A DNA stretch of 63,189 nucleotides from an uncultured Alphaproteobacteria bacterium (GCA_944390895.1 CALXRQ010000006.1:1-63189), one strand, 5' to 3'; shown: positions 28,343 through 39,322, counted from the stretch's first letter. Numbers and translations: made by a program. Notes: generated by a model from the letters alone, not told the origin.

Positions 28343-30808
28343 ATGACAGAAGATAATGCAAAAAATAAACTAACATTATCGGGAAAATCGACCCTGACGC
28401 TCAAGCTCGGTGACAAAAAGCCGGTCGGCAGCGAAGGTAAAAAAGTCGTGCAGGTGGAAGTGCGCAAAAAACGGGTTATCAATCCGGCCGCGGTCGCAGA
28501 GCCTAAGGTTGAGATTGACGATGCGACGGCCGCCAAGCTGCGTCTGATTGCCGAAGCCAAGGAACATGAGGCCAGACGCCGTCAGGAAGAGGAAGAAAAA
28601 GCCGCCCTGCGTCAAAAACAGCAGGAAGAGGAAAAACGCCGCCGGGAAGAAGAGGCAGCCGCTTTGGAGAATATAAAAGCCGCGGCCGAAGAAGTCAAAC
28701 AAGCGGCAAAAAGCAAAGATACCTTTGTGCCGGCGCCGTCTGCCGATGATAAAAACTACGGCAAGGAAAAGCTTAAAGAGAAAAAGACCAAAGACTTTGA
28801 CGAAGAAGACGATGACGAGGACATTCGTCATAAGTCCAAAACCGTTTCCGCCAGAGAAGACTCGTTTGAGCAAGACCGCAAAAAGGTTATGAAGCGCAGT
28901 TTCGAACAGCCGAAACGCGGCGGAAAGTTCAATGTTCACAGCATTATGGGCGGCGACGACGATGATGACGATTATGGTTTCGGCGGCCGCAGACGCTATA
29001 AGAAAAAGCAGCCCAAACCGCAGCCGGTTCAACAGCAGCCGCAGGAAAAGATTATCCGCGAGGTGGTTATTCCCGAAGTGATTACCGTTCAGGAACTGGC
29101 CAACCGTATGGCCGAGAAGGGCGCTGACGTGATTAAGAAACTGATGTCGCTGGGCGTTATGGCGACGATTAACCAGCCGATTGACGCCGATACGGCGCAG
29201 ATCGTGGTCGAAGAGCTCGGACATAAGTTCAAACGCGTGGCTGACAGCGACGTTGAACTGGGGCTGGGCGGCAATGAGGACAAACCCGAAGACTTGCTGC
29301 CGAGAGCTCCGGTGGTGACGGTTATGGGACACGTTGACCACGGCAAGACCTCGCTGCTGGACGCTTTGCGCGAGACCAACGTTGCGGCTAAGGAGGCCGG
29401 CGGCATTACTCAGCATATCGGCGCTTATCAGATTACGGTTCCGACCGGAGACAAGATTACTTTCATTGATACGCCGGGACACGAAGCTTTCTCGGAAATG
29501 CGTGCCCGCGGCGCCAAGGTAACCGACATTGTGGTTTTGGTGGTTGCGGCCAACGACGGCATTATGCCGCAAACGATTGAGGCTATCCGCCATGCGCAGG
29601 CGGCAGAAGTTCCGATCGTGGTTGCGATTAACAAAATCGACCTGCCGGGTGCGGATCCGATGAAAGTCAAAACTGCTTTGCTGCAGCACGGAATCGCGGT
29701 TGAGGAAATGGGCGGCGACAGTTTGTGCGCCGAAGTTTCCGCCAAAAAGCGCATCAATATCGACAAACTGGTGGAAGCGATTTTGCTGCAGGCCGAAATT
29801 TTGGATCTTAAGGCCAACCCGAATCGGGCAGCCGAAGGCGCCGTGGTTGAAGCCAAAATGGAAAAAGGACGCGGTTCAGTGGCGACGGTTCTGGTACAGA
29901 AAGGCACTCTGAAAATCGGCGATATTATCATTGCGGGCAAAGAGTGGGGACGTGTTCGCGCCATGTTTAACGAGAACGGCAAAAAGATTTTTGAAGCCGG
30001 TCCCGCGACGCCGGTTGAGGTCTTGGGGCTGCAAGGCACGCCTGCCGCAGGTGACGACTTTATTGTGGTTGCCGATGAGACGCAGGCTAAACAGGTTACC
30101 AATTACCGCATCCGCAAAGAACGTGACGCCAAAATCGTAAAATCGGCGAAGTCGGCGATGGAACAGATGCTTGATAAGATTAAGTCCGGCGAATCCAAAC
30201 ACCTGCCGATTATTATCAAGGCAGACGTTCAGGGTTCGATTGAGGCGCTGGAGGGAACGCTGAACAAGCTTTCTACCGATGAGGTGGACGTACAGATTCT
30301 GCACTCGGCGGTCGGACCGATTTCCGAATCGGACATTTCACTGGCGAAGGCTTCCAATGCGCTAATTATCGGTTTTAACGTCCGCGCCATTCCGCAGGCT
30401 CGCGATGTGGCCCGCCGCGACGGTGTCGAAATCAAGTATTATTCGATTATTTATGACGTTGCCGATGACGTTAAGAAGGGGCTGGAAGGTATGCTTTCTC
30501 CCGAGCTTAAGGAAAAACTGCTCGGTTATGCCGAAATTCGCGAAGTTTATAACATTACCGGCGTCGGCAAGGTGGCGGGATGTATGGTTACCGAAGGTCT
30601 GGTTCGCCGCGGCGCCAAAGTCCGCCTGCTGCGCGACAACGTGGTTATCCATGATGGTTCTCTCGGCCAGTTGAAACGCTTTAAAGAGGACGTCAAGGAA
30701 GTTCGCGAAGGTTATGAATGCGGAATGAGTTTTGAAAACTACAATGACATTCAAAAGGGTGACTTTATTGAGTGTTATGAGATAGAGGAAATCGCCGCAA
30801 AACTTTAG
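28343..30808 (+). CDS. infB: Translation initiation factor IF-2
   Basis: [36 protein letters not shown]. Confidence 0.99.
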   Translation: MTEDNAKNKLTLSGKSTLTLKLGDKKPVGSEGKKVVQVEVRKKRVINPAAVAEPKVEIDDATAAKLRLIAEAKEHEARRRQEEEEKAALRQKQQEEEKRRREEEAAALENIKAAAEEVKQAAKSKDTFVPAPSADDKNYGKEKLKEKKTKDFDEEDDDEDIRHKSKTVSAREDSFEQDRKKVMKRSFEQPKRGGKFNVHSIMGGDDDDDDYGFGGRRRYKKKQPKPQPVQQQPQEKIIREVVIPEVITVQELANRMAEKGADVIKKLMSLGVMATINQPIDADTAQIVVEELGHKFKRVADSDVELGLGGNEDKPEDLLPRAPVVTVMGHVDHGKTSLLDALRETNVAAKEAGGITQHIGAYQITVPTGDKITFIDTPGHEAFSEMRARGAKVTDIVVLVVAANDGIMPQTIEAIRHAQAAEVPIVVAINKIDLPGADPMKVKTALLQHGIAVEEMGGDSLCAEVSAKKRINIDKLVEAILLQAEILDLKANPNRAAEGAVVEAKMEKGRGSVATVLVQKGTLKIGDIIIAGKEWGRVRAMFNENGKKIFEAGPATPVEVLGLQGTPAAGDDFIVVADETQAKQVTNYRIRKERDAKIVKSAKSAMEQMLDKIKSGESKHLPIIIKADVQGSIEALEGTLNKLSTDEVDVQILHSAVGPISESDISLAKASNALIIGFNVRAIPQARDVARRDGVEIKYYSIIYDVADDVKKGLEGMLSPELKEKLLGYAEIREVYNITGVGKVAGCMVTEGLVRRGAKVRLLRDNVVIHDGSLGQLKRFKEDVKEVREGYECGMSFENYNDIQKGDFIECYEIEEIAAKL

Positions 30809-30933
30809 AAAGTTCGTTTAGTGGTTTTTTAGAGCAATTTTACGGTGCTGATAAAAATTCATGTACTTCTGTGTACACTAGAATTTTTATCACACCTAGA
30901 AATCACTCTATAAATTCCACTATCCAAACTTTC
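30808..30933. repeat. 126-bp imperfect palindrome in the infB-rbfA spacer (RPE-like family member)
   Basis: Nested pairings GAAAGTT/AACTTTC, TAGTGG/CCACTA, TAGAG/CTCTA, GGTG/CACC and GATAAAAATTC/GAATTTTTATC; apex TCATGTAC-ttctgt-GTACAC. Confidence 0.85.
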
Positions 30934-30966
30934 ATAGTGTTGCTTTAATATAAAAGGTGAAAAAAT

Positions 30967-31344
30967 ATGCCGAATAATAAAGAACCATCACAAAGACAAC
31001 TCAGGGTCGGGCAGGAAATCCGCCGGATTATCTCTTCCGAGATTGAACGCGGCGAAGTGCGTAATCTTCAGGATATTGATACCATGGTGACTATAACCAA
31101 GGTTCGGGTTTCGCCGGATTTGAAATATTGCAACGTGTATATCATGACGTTGAACGGAGAACATCTGAAAGAGGTCTTTGAGGGGCTTACGCTGGCGGCA
31201 GGACATTTTCGCAAGAGCATCGGCCGCAATACCAATCTGCGTTATGTGCCGGAAATAGTTTTTCGCGTTGACGATACGTTTGCGGAAGTGGACAAGATTG
31301 AAAAGCTTCTGCATGATCCCAGGGTTCAGCAGGATTTGAAATAA
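30967..31344 (+). CDS. rbfA: Ribosome-binding factor A
   Basis: SQRQLRVGQEIR, VRVSPDLK, LRYVPEI.F..D. Confidence 0.96.
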   Translation: MPNNKEPSQRQLRVGQEIRRIISSEIERGEVRNLQDIDTMVTITKVRVSPDLKYCNVYIMTLNGEHLKEVFEGLTLAAGHFRKSIGRNTNLRYVPEIVFRVDDTFAEVDKIEKLLHDPRVQQDLK

Positions 31345-31351
31345 CGTTTTA

Positions 31352-31387
31352 AAACAACGGCCGAAATTGTGCTTTCGACCGTTTTTT
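31352..31387 (+). terminator. Probable terminator after rbfA
   Basis: AACGGCCGAAA-ttgtgc-TTTCGACCGTT followed by a T-run. Confidence 0.55.
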
Positions 31388-31442
31388 ATTGACGAATCCG
31401 GCTTTTTACTTATGCTGGGGTTGAGTTTTTTTAGAGGAAGAT

Positions 31443-32369
31443 ATGGGACGTCGAAAAAAAGGCGATGATGTCAGCGGCTGGCTGATTATAGACAAACCCC
31501 GGGATATGGGGTCGACCGAGGTTGTGAATCTGACCCGGCGGTTATTCAATGCCCGGAAGAACGGGCATACGGGAACGCTGGATCCTTTTGCCACCGGTGT
31601 GCTGCCGATTGCTTTCGGCGAGGCGACCAAAGTTATTCCTTTTGTTACCGACGGTCCGAAAGAATATGAATTTGTCATTCAATGGGGACAGGCGACTTCT
31701 ACCGGCGATACTGAAGGCGAAATTATTGGCAAAACGGAAAAGATTCCATCCCGGGATGAAATTCTGCGGGTTATCCCCGATTTTCTCGGATCAATTAAAC
31801 AGGTGCCGCCGGCTTATTCGGCGATAAAAATTGACGGCCGCAGGGCTTATGATTTAGTACGGCAGGGAGAAGCGGTCGACATTCCGGAACGAATCGTGGA
31901 GGTTTATTATCTGGAGCTGTTGGAAGAACTTGCCGATAATCAGGCCCGGTTTAAAGTAGGGTGCTCCAAAGGAACTTATGTGCGCACGTTGGGGCAGGAT
32001 TTGGCTCTGGCACTCGGCTCTTTAGGCTATCTGCGGGAGCTCAGGCGCACAAAATGCGGTAATTTTACGCTTGAAGATACGATTTTGCTGGAAAATTTGA
32101 AAAATATAGTGCATATTGAAGATCTGAGAAAAGTTTTGCTTCCGGTAATAACTTCTCTGCGCGACATCGCGGAGTTAGCTGTAACCGAAGCTGACGCCGC
32201 TAAACTTCGTCAAGGACAGGCAATATCTCCGCGGGCATATCAGGATCAGAACCTGAGTGAAGGCGCGGCTTTTGCCACTTGCAACGGGGAGTTGACGGCA
32301 ATATTGCGAATCGAGGAGAAAAGAATCTCTCCCGAACGCGTTTTTAATTTTAACAACGGTGCCGAATAG
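31443..32369 (+). CDS. truB: tRNA pseudouridine(55) synthase
   Basis: GHTGTLDPFATGVLP, QVPPAYSAIK, CSKGTYVR. Confidence 0.97.
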   Translation: MGRRKKGDDVSGWLIIDKPRDMGSTEVVNLTRRLFNARKNGHTGTLDPFATGVLPIAFGEATKVIPFVTDGPKEYEFVIQWGQATSTGDTEGEIIGKTEKIPSRDEILRVIPDFLGSIKQVPPAYSAIKIDGRRAYDLVRQGEAVDIPERIVEVYYLELLEELADNQARFKVGCSKGTYVRTLGQDLALALGSLGYLRELRRTKCGNFTLEDTILLENLKNIVHIEDLRKVLLPVITSLRDIAELAVTEADAAKLRQGQAISPRAYQDQNLSEGAAFATCNGELTAILRIEEKRISPERVFNFNNGAE

Positions 32370-32399
32370 TTTCGGTACAGCATTAAAAGGAAAATATTG

Positions 32400-32669
32400 A
32401 TGTCGATTACAAATGAAAAAAGACAGGAATTGATTAAGGCTTATGCCATTAATCCGAACGATACCGGTTCTCCGGAAGTTCAGATTGCTATTTGGACTGC
32501 ACGTATTAACAGCCTGATTGAGCATTTTAACACTCATCCGAAAGACAAACATTCTCGTCTGGGTTTGATGAAGATGGTTTCCCGCCGCCGTCACCTTTTG
32601 GACTATCTGAAAGGCAAGAGCGAGAGCCGTTATCAGGAAATCATTAAAAAGCTGGATCTGCGTAAGTAA
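32400..32669 (+). CDS. rpsO: 30S ribosomal protein S15
   Basis: [32 protein letters not shown]. Confidence 0.98.
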   Translation: MSITNEKRQELIKAYAINPNDTGSPEVQIAIWTARINSLIEHFNTHPKDKHSRLGLMKMVSRRRHLLDYLKGKSESRYQEIIKKLDLRK

Positions 32670-32907
32670 TCCGGCGGGAACTGTTTTTGATGAGCTTGTC
32701 CGAAACCGAAATTTGCAGTCTGCTTTTCCGCGTGTTGGAAAATATGCGTCGGGTTTGCGCCTTGCGTTTGGGTGCGGCCGGTTCGGTTGAAAACAATTCC
32801 GCAAATGTCCGGTCGGAACTGACGGCCGGTAAATGAATTTTGGGAAGTGCGGGGCTGACTTGCTCCGCATTCCTTTTAAAATCCTCAAATGACTGAGGTG
32901 AGGAAAT

Positions 32908-32967
32908 GGACTTAACTCTTAGGCAAGGACAATGTGTCAGATTTGTTTTTGCCTAAGAGGTAAGTCC
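32908..32967 (+). promoter_or_regulatory. Long pnp 5'-leader hairpin (probable RNase III/autoregulation element)
   Basis: GGACTTA-a-CTCTTAGGCAAGGACAA ... TTGTTTTTGCCTAAGAG-g-TAAGTCC, 36 nt upstream of pnp. Confidence 0.65.
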
Positions 32968-33003
32968 GAAGAATTTAGACATATGATTATGAAAGGATAA
33001 AAT

Positions 33004-35130
33004 ATGATAGATTTTAAAGTGTCCCGCAAAGAGATGGATTGGGGCGGACGCAAGCTGGTGCTGGAAACCGGCAAAATGGCCAGACAGGCCAACGGCGCCG
33101 TGGTGGCGAGCTATGGCGAAACCGTTGTTATCGCGACGGTTTGCGCGGCCAAGGAAGCCAAAGCCGATCAGGATTTCTTCCCGTTGACGGTTAATTATCA
33201 GGAGAAATATTATGCGGCCGGCAAGGTGCCGGGCGGTTTTATGAAAAGAGAAGGCAAACCGTCCGAACGCGAAGTTTTGATCTCGCGCCTGATTGACCGT
33301 CCGATCCGTCCGCTGTTTCCGGATGCTTTCAAAAACGAAGTTCAGGTTGTCTGCACGGTTTTGTCACATGACAAGCAGACGGATTCAGACATTGTTTCCA
33401 TGATTGCGGCATCCGCCGCTCTGACCATTTCGGGTGTGCCGTTCCTGGGGCCGATTGCGGCGGCAAAAGTCGGTTACAAAGACGGTCAGTATATTTTGAA
33501 CCCGACCATTGAGCAAATGAAAGATACGCAGCTGGAATTGGCCGTAGCCGGAACCAAAGAAGGCGTTCTGATGGTTGAATCCGAAGCGCAGGAACTTTCC
33601 GAAGAAGTTATGCTCGGCGCGGTTATGTTCGGTTTTGAGAATTTCCAGCCGGTTATCAAGATGATTGAAGAGCTGAATGCCGAAGCCGGCAAAGAGCGTT
33701 GGGAAACGCCGACGTTCCCGAAAGAGTTCGACGAGCTTTATGCCCGAGTTGAAAAAGAATTCCGTGCCAAATATGAAGAAGCTTTCAAAGAAACCGATAA
33801 GCTGAAACGCGGTACCAATTTGGGACAGTTGGCAGAAGAAGTTAAGGCGACGATTGATGCCGAAAACGAGATTGAAGTCCGCTATATCGGCGATGTTATC
33901 GAAAAGCTGATGCACAGTGTTATGCGCGAAGGCGTTTTGTCAACCGGCCGCCGCATTGACGGACGCGATACCAAAACCGTCCGCCCGATCGAATGTCAGG
34001 TTGACGTTTTGCCGATGGCTCACGGTTCGGCGCTGTTTACCCGCGGCGAAACGCAGGCTCTGGTCGTTACCACGCTGGGTACCGGCGAAGACGCTCAGGT
34101 TGTTGACGGTCTGCTTGACGAATATAAAGAAGATTTTATGCTGAATTACAACTTTCCGCCGTTTTCAGTCGGCGAGTGCGGTCGCATGGGCAGCCCGGGA
34201 CGCCGCGAAATCGGTCACGGCAAGCTGGCTTGGCGCGCCATTCATCCGATGATGCCGAAAAACAAGGATACGTTCCCTTATACGGTCCGCGTGGTTTCCG
34301 ACATTATGGAATCGAACGGTTCGTCATCAATGGCAACGGTCTGCGGTACGACAATGTCCTTGCAGGCGGCGGGTGTTCCGCTGGAAAAACCGGTTGCCGG
34401 TATTGCCATGGGGCTGATTAAGGAAGATGACGGCCGGGTAGCCATCTTGACCGATATCCTCGGCGATGAAGACCACCTCGGCGATATGGACTTTAAGGTT
34501 GCCGGTACAAAAGACGGTGTAACCGCTTTGCAAATGGATATTAAAATTACGTCCATTACCAAGGAGATTATGGAAAAGGCTTTGGCTCAGGCACATGAGG
34601 GTCGTATTCATATTATGGGTGAAATGGCCAAAGCCATCAGCGAACCGCGTCCTCATGTTTCCGATAAGGCGCCGCGTATTGTCGCCATTAAGATTCCGGT
34701 TGACAAAATCCGCGAGGTTATCGGTTCCGGCGGTAAGGTTATTCGTGAAATTACCGAAAAGACCAACTGCAAGATTGATATTTCCGACGACGGCGTTATC
34801 AAGATCGCTTCAATGAAGAAAGAAGACGGCGACGCCGCTTTGGAGTGGATTATGGGTATTGTGGCCGAACCGGAAGAAGGCGTTATCTACAAAGGCGTTA
34901 TTACCAAGATTATGGACTTTGGCGCATTTGTCCGCTTTCTGGGCACGACCGAAGGTCTGGTTCATATTTCGGAAGTTAAGAACGAACGCATTGCTTCGGT
35001 TTCCGACTTCTACAAAGAAGGCGACACCATGTGGGTCAAATGTCTGGGAACAGATAACCGCGGCAAGATTAAGCTGTCGGCCAAACGGGTTAATCAGGAA
35101 ACCGGCGAAGATCTTGAAACCGCAAAATAA
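33004..35130 (+). CDS. pnp: Polyribonucleotide nucleotidyltransferase (PNPase)
   Basis: [48 protein letters not shown] and S1 domains. Confidence 0.99.
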   Translation: MIDFKVSRKEMDWGGRKLVLETGKMARQANGAVVASYGETVVIATVCAAKEAKADQDFFPLTVNYQEKYYAAGKVPGGFMKREGKPSEREVLISRLIDRPIRPLFPDAFKNEVQVVCTVLSHDKQTDSDIVSMIAASAALTISGVPFLGPIAAAKVGYKDGQYILNPTIEQMKDTQLELAVAGTKEGVLMVESEAQELSEEVMLGAVMFGFENFQPVIKMIEELNAEAGKERWETPTFPKEFDELYARVEKEFRAKYEEAFKETDKLKRGTNLGQLAEEVKATIDAENEIEVRYIGDVIEKLMHSVMREGVLSTGRRIDGRDTKTVRPIECQVDVLPMAHGSALFTRGETQALVVTTLGTGEDAQVVDGLLDEYKEDFMLNYNFPPFSVGECGRMGSPGRREIGHGKLAWRAIHPMMPKNKDTFPYTVRVVSDIMESNGSSSMATVCGTTMSLQAAGVPLEKPVAGIAMGLIKEDDGRVAILTDILGDEDHLGDMDFKVAGTKDGVTALQMDIKITSITKEIMEKALAQAHEGRIHIMGEMAKAISEPRPHVSDKAPRIVAIKIPVDKIREVIGSGGKVIREITEKTNCKIDISDDGVIKIASMKKEDGDAALEWIMGIVAEPEEGVIYKGVITKIMDFGAFVRFLGTTEGLVHISEVKNERIASVSDFYKEGDTMWVKCLGTDNRGKIKLSAKRVNQETGEDLETAK

Positions 35131-35172
35131 TGTTGTTTTCTAACGTTTGAGTTTTAAGATAATATTTCAAAG

Positions 35173-35205
35173 AAAAGCACTCTGCCAAAACAGAGTGCTT
35201 TTTTT
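35173..35205 (+). terminator. Terminator after pnp
   Basis: AAAAGCACTCTG-ccaaaa-CAGAGTGCTTTT followed by a T-run. Confidence 0.85.
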
Positions 35206-35356
35206 GTTTCTAACCGTTGTTTTGAGATTGACCGAATCGGAAGCATTTCTTTATGGTTCCTATGTATTATTTCTTTTTATGACTAAGAATTGTGTTTTTT
35301 GCTTTCAGGTCTTGCCTGATTTGCATGGATATATGTTAACTAAAAAATATATACGT

Positions 35357-35647
35357 ATGGAAACTATTATTATGCCATGGCTGGTTTTGGCCGGTTTGCT
35401 GGGTTTTTGCATTTGTAAGATATGGTATGCTTATCGTTGCGCAGTCAGGGAGCGAAAAAGGAACGGTTTTACCGTCGTAGCCCGAATAAAGAAAGAAGAC
35501 AATTCCTTATGGTTATGCAAGTTTTTCCTTTGGGGCGACCATGTTGGCTTTTTTCGCAAAAAACCGTCTTCGGACAGAGTGCAGGCCTGGGTTGTCTGTT
35601 ATGACAAGAATTTGGGCATGTATGAGCTGGAGGAGCTCGGCAGGTGA
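35357..35647 (+). CDS. Small hypothetical membrane-anchored protein (paralog of 35776..36117)
   Basis: N-terminal TM followed by a beta-rich domain; has its own terminator; start chosen at ATG 35357. Confidence 0.6.
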   Translation: METIIMPWLVLAGLLGFCICKIWYAYRCAVRERKRNGFTVVARIKKEDNSLWLCKFFLWGDHVGFFRKKPSSDRVQAWVVCYDKNLGMYELEELGR

Positions 35648-35682
35648 AAAAAGGCGTTTTCCGAAAAGGGAAACGCCTTTTT
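35647..35682 (+). terminator. Terminator
   Basis: AAAAAAGGCGTTTTCC-gaaaa-GGGAAACGCCTTTTT. Confidence 0.8.
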
Positions 35683-35775
35683 GCGGGTATTTTATTGTTT
35701 GACAAGACTCGCATTTTTGTCTAAAACAGTATTTATCACATTATATTATTTTATAAACAATTAAATTTTAAGCTT

Positions 35776-36117
35776 ATGGTAAAAGTTTTAACCGAATTTT
35801 TGGCGGAGAACTGGACTGTTCTTTGCTGCGTCGTTTTTTTTGTGTTTATATCTTTGGTAACGGTTTTAATGTGCCGCAAGAAGAATATTGCAATCTATGT
35901 AGACGCGGAGATTGTTAAAATTGATGACGGCGTTTGCGAGTGCGTTTTCTGGCAGGCCGGAAGAAAAGTGGAAGGATTTATTTGTCCCTGTCTTGATGAA
36001 TTTCGCGTCGGTGACATATTGGAATGCGAAGTCGGCACACAGGACCAGGAATCCGGTTTGTGGGAACTTTTGCCGCTGGCGGTCGTCAGCGGAGAAAATT
36101 TCAAAAAGAAATTATAA
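35776..36117 (+). CDS. Small hypothetical membrane-anchored protein
   Basis: N-terminal TM, Cys-containing beta-rich domain; TTGACA-17-TAAAAC promoter at 35699-35727. Confidence 0.65.
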   Translation: MVKVLTEFLAENWTVLCCVVFFVFISLVTVLMCRKKNIAIYVDAEIVKIDDGVCECVFWQAGRKVEGFICPCLDEFRVGDILECEVGTQDQESGLWELLPLAVVSGENFKKKL

Positions 36118-36184
36118 GAAGACAGAGGGCGTTTTTAGATTTGCCATTTTATAATGATTGTTTCCTTCAGCCCTCGGAGGGATG

Positions 36185-36222
36185 AAGGTTCTTTTCTGTG
36201 AAGAAAGGAACCTTTATTTTTT
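36185..36222 (+). terminator. Terminator
   Basis: AAGGTTCTTTTC-tgtgaa-GAAAGGAACCTT followed by a T-rich tail. Confidence 0.65.
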
Positions 36223-36273
36223 TGTTTAAAAATCCTTGAAATATATAAATATCTGGTGTAGAAAACAAGTGTT

Positions 36274-36300
36274 TACGGCGGCACCCCTGGAGGCCGTCGT
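36274..36300 (+). promoter_or_regulatory. Putative rplY (L25) leader hairpin
   Basis: ACGGCGGC-acccctggag-GCCGTCGT upstream of rplY. The CACCCCTGGAGGC core resembles, from recollection, the alphaproteobacterial rplY leader. Confidence 0.5.
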
Positions 36301-36333
36301 GAGTTTTTAACCGAATGAAAAGGATTTTATAAA

Positions 36334-36624
36334 ATGTCTGATATTACATTTAATGCAGAAAAACGTGAGAAAGCAGGTAAGGGGGCAGCTCGTGCATGTC
36401 GTCGTGAGGGTCGTGTTCCTGCCGTAATTTATGGCGGCAACAAAGAAGCCGTCATGATCAGCCTGAACCCGGTTGAACTTGAAAAGGCTTTGGATATGGT
36501 CGGCTTTTATGACGCCGATATCGAAATCGTTCTGGATGGCAAAAAACACAGCGTCGTTTGTCAGGACGTGCAGTTCCACCCGGTTTCTGATGCGCCGATC
36601 CACGTTGATTTTCTTCGTAAATAG
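36334..36624 (+). CDS. rplY: 50S ribosomal protein L25 (short, single-domain form)
   Basis: GKGAARACRREGRVPAVIYG...QFHPV...HVDF. Confidence 0.95.
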   Translation: MSDITFNAEKREKAGKGAARACRREGRVPAVIYGGNKEAVMISLNPVELEKALDMVGFYDADIEIVLDGKKHSVVCQDVQFHPVSDAPIHVDFLRK

Positions 36625-36649
36625 TTTTAAGTTATAGCAAATGTTTTAA

Positions 36650-36697
36650 GAGCGAAAAAATTCAGGCCGTTCGGCCGCAGAGTTTTTTCGCTTTTTT
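36650..36697 (+). terminator. Probable terminator after rplY
   Basis: GAGCGAAAAAA ... TTTTTTCGCTT followed by a T-run. Confidence 0.6.
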
Positions 36698-36728
36698 GTG
36701 ATTTGTTTCAAAGAGAGATTTTTATAAG

Positions 36729-37301
36729 ATGTTTTTGATTGTGGGTTTGGGTAATCCCGGTGCGGAGTATGACAAAACAAGGCATAATGTCGGTTTTATG
36801 GCGGCAGACGTCATTGCGGCGAAGTATGGTTTCGGTACGGCTCGCGCCAAGTTTGACGGACTGATTTCCGAGGGCGGCATCGCCGGAGAAAAAGTTTATC
36901 TGCTCAAGCCGCAGACTTATATGAACCTGTCGGGAAACGCAGTGGTGAAGGCGGCAATTTTTTATAAAATTCTGCCGCAGAATATTATTGTCATTCATGA
37001 CGATATGGATTTGCCGGTCGGTAAAGTTAAGGCCAAAACCGGCGGCGGTGCAGGCGGTCATAACGGATTGAAGTCAATTGACGCTGCGGTGACGCCGAAT
37101 TATCACCGTATTCGAATCGGCGTCGGACATCCGCAAGGGAGCGGAGAAGCAGTGGTGAATCATGTGCTTTCGCGTTTTTCCAAGACAGATGCGGAAGTGA
37201 TTGACAGCGAACTGGAGCTGATTGCCGAGCAAGTTGGCGTTTTGATTAAAGACGGCATGGAAGCATTTTCGGGCCGTCTCGGAATGCTGCTGAAGAAATA
37301 A
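36729..37301 (+). CDS. pth: Peptidyl-tRNA hydrolase
   Basis: VGLGNPG..Y..TRHNVGF, KPQTYMNLSG, HDDMD, GGHNGLKS. Confidence 0.98.
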   Translation: MFLIVGLGNPGAEYDKTRHNVGFMAADVIAAKYGFGTARAKFDGLISEGGIAGEKVYLLKPQTYMNLSGNAVVKAAIFYKILPQNIIVIHDDMDLPVGKVKAKTGGGAGGHNGLKSIDAAVTPNYHRIRIGVGHPQGSGEAVVNHVLSRFSKTDAEVIDSELELIAEQVGVLIKDGMEAFSGRLGMLLKK

Positions 37302-37371
37302 AGCTTGAAAATGCACCCGGGATAGGCTAAAAGACTCCTCAAGCAAATACTTAATTTTGAGGAGTTTTTTT

Positions 37372-38481
37372 ATGGGTTTTAATTGCGGAATCGTGGGTTT
37401 GCCGAATGTGGGCAAATCGACTTTGTTTAACGCTTTGACGCAAACCATTGCGGCGCAGGCGGCAAATTTTCCTTTTTGTACGATTGAGCCGAATACCGGA
37501 CGCGTTGCCGTGCCGGACAAGCGTCTGGACAAACTGGTCGAGATGGTGCAGCCGAAGTCGGTGGTGCCGACGCAGCTTGAGTTTGTGGATATTGCCGGTC
37601 TGGTTAAGGGCGCTTCTAAAGGCGAAGGGCTGGGGAACCAGTTTTTGGCCAATATTCGTGAGACTGACGCGATTATTCATGTTTTGAGGTGTTTTGAAGA
37701 TGACAATATTACGCATGTCGAGGGCTCGGTCGATCCGATCCGCGATGCCGAAATCGTTGAAACCGAATTGATGATTGCCGATCTGGATTCATTGGAGAAG
37801 CGTTTTGATCAGGCTCAGAAAAAAGCCAAGGGCGGCGATAAAGAGGCTATTGTCAATGTTGCGGTCATGGGGCCGGTCATTGAAGCGTTGAAGGCCGGAA
37901 AACCGGCCCGGGTTGCAGCGCCGGATGCCGCAAACAAAGATGCGGTCAAAGCATATAAGATGTTGCAGCTCTTGACGTCAAAGCCGGTTTTGTATGTTTG
38001 CAATGTTGATGAGAATTCTGCGGCGGAAGGAAATGAGTTTTCGAAACGGGTTTTTGAAAAAGCCGCAAAAGAACATGCCGGAGCCGTGGTTATTTCCGCG
38101 GCAATCGAATCGGAAGTTGCACAGTTGGAAGCGGAAGAGGAAAAGAAAGAGTTTCTGGCTTCTCTGGGGTTGGAGGAATCCGGTTTGTCCAAGATTATCC
38201 GCGCCGGTTATGACTTGCTGGGACTGCAAACGTATTTTACCTGCGGGCCGAAGGAAGTTCGCGCCTGGACGTTTTTGAAGGGTTCCAAAGCTCCGCAGTG
38301 TGCCGGGATTATTCATTCGGATTTTGAACGCGGGTTTATTCGGGCTGAGACCATATCTTATGACGATTTTGTTGCTCTGGGTGGTGAACAGGCCTGCAAA
38401 GAAGCCGGCAAAATGCGCTCCGAAGGCAAGGATTATACAGTTCAGGACGGGGATATATTAGAGTTTCTTTTTAACGTTTAA
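37372..38481 (+). CDS. ychF: Obg-family ATPase YchF
   Basis: [42 protein letters not shown] domain. Confidence 0.98.
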   Translation: MGFNCGIVGLPNVGKSTLFNALTQTIAAQAANFPFCTIEPNTGRVAVPDKRLDKLVEMVQPKSVVPTQLEFVDIAGLVKGASKGEGLGNQFLANIRETDAIIHVLRCFEDDNITHVEGSVDPIRDAEIVETELMIADLDSLEKRFDQAQKKAKGGDKEAIVNVAVMGPVIEALKAGKPARVAAPDAANKDAVKAYKMLQLLTSKPVLYVCNVDENSAAEGNEFSKRVFEKAAKEHAGAVVISAAIESEVAQLEAEEEKKEFLASLGLEESGLSKIIRAGYDLLGLQTYFTCGPKEVRAWTFLKGSKAPQCAGIIHSDFERGFIRAETISYDDFVALGGEQACKEAGKMRSEGKDYTVQDGDILEFLFNV

Positions 38482-38696
38482 AACGCCTCTCCGTTCTGTG
38501 TAAACCTAATACAGATATAGTGGATAAATGGTTCGGTTATGTATCTTTATATACACGCCCTCGCCATTTTCCTAAAATCTTATTATCTTTCTCACAGAAC
38601 GGAGGCGTTATTTTTTATTTTAGGTACTTTTCCCCTGAACTTCTGTTATTTGTCTCATTCTCCGTGTTTTTTTCTGAAAAAATATTTAGCCAAAAT

Positions 38697-38725
38697 TTGA
38701 CAACAATAGAAATTTGTGGTAAAAG
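38697..38725 (+). promoter_or_regulatory. Sigma70-type promoter
   Basis: TTGACA-17 nt-TAAAAG upstream of the orphan gene at 38786. Confidence 0.45.
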
Positions 38726-38785
38726 AATCTTTATCTAAGCAGATATTAAGAAATAATTTTGTTTTACAATTAAATTTTAGCGCAT

Positions 38786-39304
38786 ATGGGATTAACAGAA
38801 AGAGAAGAACAAGTACAAGATCAGATTATCGAAGTATTTTCTGATTTGAGTGGTTTACGCGGCGGCATTGAAGGCGATACGGTCGTCTATGAGAAAAACG
38901 CCATGGGCTTGTTCATCAAACTTTGCGAAGTTTTTGCGGTGAAGGCTCATTTCCAGCACGGTTTGGTGACCATTGAAGATTACAGTCACCATTTTCTGTG
39001 GCTTTTGGACAAGAAAGCGGAACAGCTGCGTCTTTTTTATCCGGGGCTGCAAGCTTTTGTTCAGGAAAAAGTCGGTGTCTGGTATGATTTGGACGAGATT
39101 TTGTTCGGCGAATATCTTCCGGTGTCGGAAGAGCCGGTACAGCGCCTTCGCGAGGTGATGAGCTACGAACTAAAGCTCGGAAAGCTTAAAAACCAAATCC
39201 GCAACCGGTATGGGTATTTCCGAGACAACACGGATTTTTCTCATGCGCGGACGTTGAGAAAAATAGGAGAAATAATATTCTGGCCACATTACCGGGCAGA
39301 ATAA
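38786..39304 (+). CDS. Hypothetical helical protein (possibly related to the 57.4-59.1 kb trio)
   Basis: 172-aa ORF with its own promoter and terminator; no recognised family. Confidence 0.7.
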   Translation: MGLTEREEQVQDQIIEVFSDLSGLRGGIEGDTVVYEKNAMGLFIKLCEVFAVKAHFQHGLVTIEDYSHHFLWLLDKKAEQLRLFYPGLQAFVQEKVGVWYDLDEILFGEYLPVSEEPVQRLREVMSYELKLGKLKNQIRNRYGYFRDNTDFSHARTLRKIGEIIFWPHYRAE

Positions 39305-39322
39305 GTTTTTCAAGACGAGATT

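Noticed and set aside
28540-29050. Low-complexity E/K/D/Q stretch in infB
   Set aside because: Normal variable N-terminal region of IF-2.
28376-29689. Long antisense ORFs (437 aa here; also 27040..28137, 14150..15163, 60363..61406)
   Set aside because: Shadow frames opposite strongly codon-biased genes (infB, nusA, nrdA, groEL); no RBS or recognisable motifs.
35174-35201. CIRCE-like GCACTC...GAGTGC inverted repeat
   Set aside because: The spacer is 10 nt rather than 9, the flanks are AAA/TTT rather than TTA/TAA, and it lies after pnp with a T-tail, so it is a terminator. No CIRCE was seen before groESL.
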